Below, one piece after another: positions 60,373-64,000 of a stretch of DNA of 64,000 bases (within the stretch, counting starts at the first letter, position 1; the number at the start of each line of letters is the position of its first letter). Source of the stretch: Eubacteriales bacterium (GTDB lineage: Bacteria; Bacillota; Clostridia; Oscillospirales; CAG-272); assembly GCA_045632405.1 (NCBI GenBank), contig JAZQWO010000017.1, positions 12,512 through 76,511 on the forward strand, read 5' to 3'. Both the position numbers and the translations under genes were made by a program. The notes under the pieces are model-generated. The model was not told where the DNA came from. It made no database searches and saw only the letters and a list, made by a program, of their open reading frames with translations.

Positions 60373-61535
60373 TACTTTTTTGCCAGATGGGATGTGGCTT
60401 CGGCAACTGCTACAAAAAGCGCATCTGCCTCGGCTGTTGTATTTTGCGGGCAAAGACTGACTCTTACCGTGCTATCTGCCTCGTCTGCGCTCAAGCCAAA
60501 GGCTTCAAGGGCGGTGGTTTTCTTGCTTGTGTCATTTGATGAGCAGGCAGAGCCGCTTGATACGCAAATGCCCTTGGATGACAAGAAATGCAGCATAGTT
60601 TCACTTCTGATACCCTTGACCGTTACGCTTATAATATGGCAAGCGCTGTTTTTCGGTCTGTTGACGCTCACACCATCTATTTTTTCAAGCCCGGCTACTA
60701 TATAGTCCTTTAATTCCTGCATATAGGAAACCTCGTCCTTCAAGGAATTGTAATGCTCCCTTACCGCTTGACCGAAGGCGGCTATTCCATATACATTTTC
60801 CGTGCCGGAACGGAACCCAAACTCCTGTCCGCCACCGTACACGGTAGGTACTATGCGCTTCGTTTTAATGATATTAGGGTCAATATACAAGGCGCCAACG
60901 CCCTTTGCTCCGTTTATCTTATGGGCGCTTACTGAAATCAAGTCCGCGCCTATTGACTTTTTGCTCAATCGGGTTTTCATATAGGACTGCACACAGTCGC
61001 TATGGCAAACCGCATCGGGGGATTTGGCTCTTACAATATCAAATGCGCTTTTCACATCATAAAGCGCGCCTGTTTCGTTATTCACGTGCATAAAGGTTGC
61101 AAGAATACAGCCACTCGCATTTTTCTCAACAAAATCGAGGTCAAGCTCGCCGTTTTTGGTTGGCACGCGCACTATTTGAAAGCCCTTTTTCTCAAGGAAA
61201 GCAAGAACGTGCTCAACTGAGGCGTGCTCGCCCTGTGTTGTCAGAATTTTCTCGTTCCCTCTCCTTGCCTTTGCGTTTACAACACCTAAAATTGCTAAAT
61301 TGTTGGACTCTGTACCCCCAGAGGTAAACACAAGCTCGCCACGTACACCGCGGTTTATACCAAGGCTTGCAAGAACGGCGCTCCTTGCCCATTCCATAAT
61401 ATGCTCCGCATCCAAGCCTACCGCGTGTAATGAGGATGGATTGCCAAAATGCTTATCCATTACCTCTATCATTTTATTTTTTGCGCCATCACTGATTTTA
61501 GTGGTGGCACTATTGTCAAAATAAATCTCTGCCAT
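60372..61535 (-). CDS. cysteine desulfurase (IscS/NifS family)
   Basis: YFDNSATT, GNPSSLH, SAHK, SSGSACSS. Confidence 0.95.
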   Translation of the reverse strand: MAEIYFDNSATTKISDGAKNKMIEVMDKHFGNPSSLHAVGLDAEHIMEWARSAVLASLGINRGVRGELVFTSGGTESNNLAILGVVNAKARRGNEKILTTQGEHASVEHVLAFLEKKGFQIVRVPTKNGELDLDFVEKNASGCILATFMHVNNETGALYDVKSAFDIVRAKSPDAVCHSDCVQSYMKTRLSKKSIGADLISVSAHKINGAKGVGALYIDPNIIKTKRIVPTVYGGGQEFGFRSGTENVYGIAAFGQAVREHYNSLKDEVSYMQELKDYIVAGLEKIDGVSVNRPKNSACHIISVTVKGIRSETMLHFLSSKGICVSSGSACSSNDTSKKTTALEAFGLSADEADSTVRVSLCPQNTTAEADALFVAVAEATSHLAKK

Positions 61536-61536
61536 A

Positions 61537-62121
61537 TCAGTTAAACTTAAAGTTATCAAGAATCAAGGTGATAGCTTCCTTGTGCTTTGCCTCACCGCCA
61601 AATACAGGGTTGCCATTTTCGTCAACTGAAGGCACTACCTTATCACCGTCCATAGATGCATCCTGCATATATGTTACGTGAATAACGTGGATGCTACCGT
61701 CAGTTACACAGGCAATTACCGTGTATTTGAAGTATGTATCTCCTATCTTTCCTGTATATTCGTACTTAGTGGCAGGGCGCTTGTCAAGGGTGGTAGCCTC
61801 GCCCTCATTTGTCACCTTGCAGTCCTGAATGGCTGTGCCCATTACCTGTGGCTTATATTCATATTCCCACCAGTCCTCAATCTTGCCTGTGTATTCCCAC
61901 TGAGCAACACCGATGTTTGTTCTGTCAGTTTCGGATACATAAGCCTGTGTGGTGGCGGTTGCGTTTGATGCAATCCAGCTCTCAGGTACAAAGAGCTTGT
62001 ATGCCACAATGTCTGTGTTTGATGCCAGCTTCATACCGTCAGGCACACCGTCGTCCTCTCCGCAGGAGAACAAGCAAAGGCACATCAAAAGCGCCATTAA
62101 TACTAATAGAAATTTTTTCAT
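61537..62121 (-). CDS. lipoprotein (PsbP/DcrB-like)
   Basis: lipobox LFSC; VPESW motif. Confidence 0.7.
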   Translation of the reverse strand: MKKFLLVLMALLMCLCLFSCGEDDGVPDGMKLASNTDIVAYKLFVPESWIASNATATTQAYVSETDRTNIGVAQWEYTGKIEDWWEYEYKPQVMGTAIQDCKVTNEGEATTLDKRPATKYEYTGKIGDTYFKYTVIACVTDGSIHVIHVTYMQDASMDGDKVVPSVDENGNPVFGGEAKHKEAITLILDNFKFN

Positions 62122-62134
62122 TTGTCGTCCTCTC

Positions 62135-63112
62135 TTAAAGCTCCTCTGCCAAGCGCGCAGTCAATTGCACCGCATTCTTAACATCGTCCATATCAATCAT
62201 TTCAACACCTGTGTGAATAAATGCGGTAGCGATAGAAATTGCGCTAACCTCAGCACCTGTGCCTGTAATTTGAATAACAGAGTGGTCTGTGCCGCCCTGG
62301 AGCAATATTTCGTCCTGGTACTTAACCTTGTTTGCTTTTGCTATTTCCTTCATTTTGGAAACAAGTCTTGGTGAGGAAATCGCGCCTGCGTCCTTAATCT
62401 TTATGGTGCAGCCCTCTCCCATCTTCATGCTCACGTTTGATACCCCCGGCTTGTCCGCCATTGTTACGTCAAGTGCAATACCAATGTCGGGAGCAATAGC
62501 ATAAGCGGCAGGCTTAGCACCGCGAGAGCCAACCTCCTCCTGTGTGGAGAAAACAAAGTAAACATCGTTTTCTGTTTTCTTCATTTCACGGAGTGCCTCA
62601 ATCATAATGGCGCATCCAACCCTGTTGTCAAAGGGTCTGCCAACGTAACGGTTGCCCATAAGCTTCTTCATTGATGGCTGGCAGATAAAGAAATCTCCTA
62701 CGCTCACCTTCTTTTCAGCCTGCTTCTTTGTCTTTGCGCCAATGTCAATATACATGCTGTCCATCTCAGGCACACTGTCGCCTGTTGCCACAATAACGCC
62801 GGGGACTCCCTTTTCGGAAACAACGTGGCTAAAGGAAGTGGCAAGACGGTTGATTGCGCCAACTCCGCTAACCTTGATGCAGCCGTTTGGCTCAATATAG
62901 TTAACAAAAAATCCAATCTCATCCATATGAGCGCAGAACATAATTTTCTTGCCCTTGCCGCCCTTGCGTGCAATTACGTTGCCAAGCTTGTCAACGCTAA
63001 CCTCGCTCGCATACGGTGTTACCTCTTTTATGATAGCCTCTCTTATTTTGTCCTCTCTGCCTGAAATACCTGGGACGAGCATAAGGCTCTTTAATGTTTC
63101 AACTATATTCAT
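62135..63112 (-). CDS. M42 family aminopeptidase
   Basis: AHMDEIG, DNRVG, QEEVG, GGTD, IHT. Confidence 0.93.
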   Translation of the reverse strand: MNIVETLKSLMLVPGISGREDKIREAIIKEVTPYASEVSVDKLGNVIARKGGKGKKIMFCAHMDEIGFFVNYIEPNGCIKVSGVGAINRLATSFSHVVSEKGVPGVIVATGDSVPEMDSMYIDIGAKTKKQAEKKVSVGDFFICQPSMKKLMGNRYVGRPFDNRVGCAIMIEALREMKKTENDVYFVFSTQEEVGSRGAKPAAYAIAPDIGIALDVTMADKPGVSNVSMKMGEGCTIKIKDAGAISSPRLVSKMKEIAKANKVKYQDEILLQGGTDHSVIQITGTGAEVSAISIATAFIHTGVEMIDMDDVKNAVQLTARLAEEL

Positions 63113-63113
63113 T

Positions 63114-64000
63114 TTATATTCCTCTTTCCAAAATTACTTCTTTTAGTGCTTTGTAAATAGCGTCCAAATCGTCATAATGAACAACATCCGCAGGGGAATG
63201 TATATACCGTGAAGCCGCAGACAAGAGTCCCACGCGGCAGCCGTTGCAAGCGCCCTGTATATTGTGGGAGTCATTACCGCCCGACACCACTCTGTGAACC
63301 TGGTATTTAATTTCCTTTTTGTCGCACAGGCTCATTATATGCTGGACAAATTCACGGTCGTAAATTGTGCCAAGGTCAGCAAAGGAAATAACCGCGCCAT
63401 CCCCAAGCTCGCAAACCTTTTTCTGCTCGCTCACACCGTAAACATCTGCCACCGCCTTTGATTCAATAACAACGGCAAAATCGGGGTTGATATCATTTGC
63501 CGCACCAAACGCACCCGAAAATCCTACCTCCTCACGGCAGGTAAAGGCAAAATACAAATCATACTGAGGGAGCAGTGCCCCTTCCTTGATGTCCTTGACT
63601 GTTTGGCACATAATGGCACAGCCCAAGCGGTCGTCAAGCGCCTTGCATTTCACAAGACCCTCGCCATACTCCACATAGTCAGAGTCAAAGGTAAAATATT
63701 CCCCAACATATGTTAGCTTTTCCGCATCCTCACGGCTGCTTGCTCCTATGTCAATGAGCAAATCGTCAAGCTTTGGCTTTTTGTCCTTTTGCTCAGCAGC
63801 CAAAAGATGCACAGGCTTTACAACAATAGAGCCCAAGCGTCCGCTTTCGGAAACAACGCGCTTTGACGACAAAATAATTGTGTCAATACCGCCCACACAT
63901 CCAAAGCGCAAAAGTCCGCTTTCCTCAATATGAGTTACCATAAAGCCAATTTCGTCCATATGGGCGCTTATCATCAGCCTTGGCTTACCCTCTCTTGGTA
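63114..64000 (-). CDS. M42 family aminopeptidase, 5'-truncated by window edge
   Basis: AHMDEIG, KALDDRLG, REEVG, GGND, YIHS. Confidence 0.93.
   Translation of the reverse strand, partial: PREGKPRLMISAHMDEIGFMVTHIEESGLLRFGCVGGIDTIILSSKRVVSESGRLGSIVVKPVHLLAAEQKDKKPKLDDLLIDIGASSREDAEKLTYVGEYFTFDSDYVEYGEGLVKCKALDDRLGCAIMCQTVKDIKEGALLPQYDLYFAFTCREEVGFSGAFGAANDINPDFAVVIESKAVADVYGVSEQKKVCELGDGAVISFADLGTIYDREFVQHIMSLCDKKEIKYQVHRVVSGGNDSHNIQGACNGCRVGLLSAASRYIHSPADVVHYDDLDAIYKALKEVILERGI

Overview
Chromosomal window from a low-GC Gram-positive bacterium, probably a gut or rumen Clostridia (inferred from gene style). It has two halves. (1) Positions 1-~32013 are a visibly AT-richer integrated island. 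Its right end is a large serine recombinase followed by a tRNA 3'-end remnant (TGGCGCGCCA) and a terminator; the left end lies outside the window. The core (~15.6-31.9 kb) is a virus-like module: HUH rolling-circle Rep, a Zot/pI-like membrane ATPase, a spike-like membrane protein, several membrane-anchored surface proteins, small basic proteins, a LexA-like repressor and a sigma-region-4-like activator. No capsid, terminase, T4SS or small inovirus coat gene is recognisable. Three of its promoters share one activator-site architecture. Further left are a tyrosine recombinase next to a candidate invertible promoter, an ECF sigma/anti-sigma pair, and an Rhs toxin locus. The locus includes an orphan ART-like toxin whose putative immunity protein resembles EF-Tu domain III. 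(2) Positions ~32-64 kb are host chromosome: Fic, surface lipoproteins, radical SAM, tRNA-Thr, mgsA, a PyrR-attenuated pyr operon lacking carA, a cobalamin riboswitch with B12 uptake genes, RAYT and DUF559 genes with REP-like repeats, a cysteine desulfurase and two M42 peptidases. All calls come from reading motifs by eye; no database searches were run.
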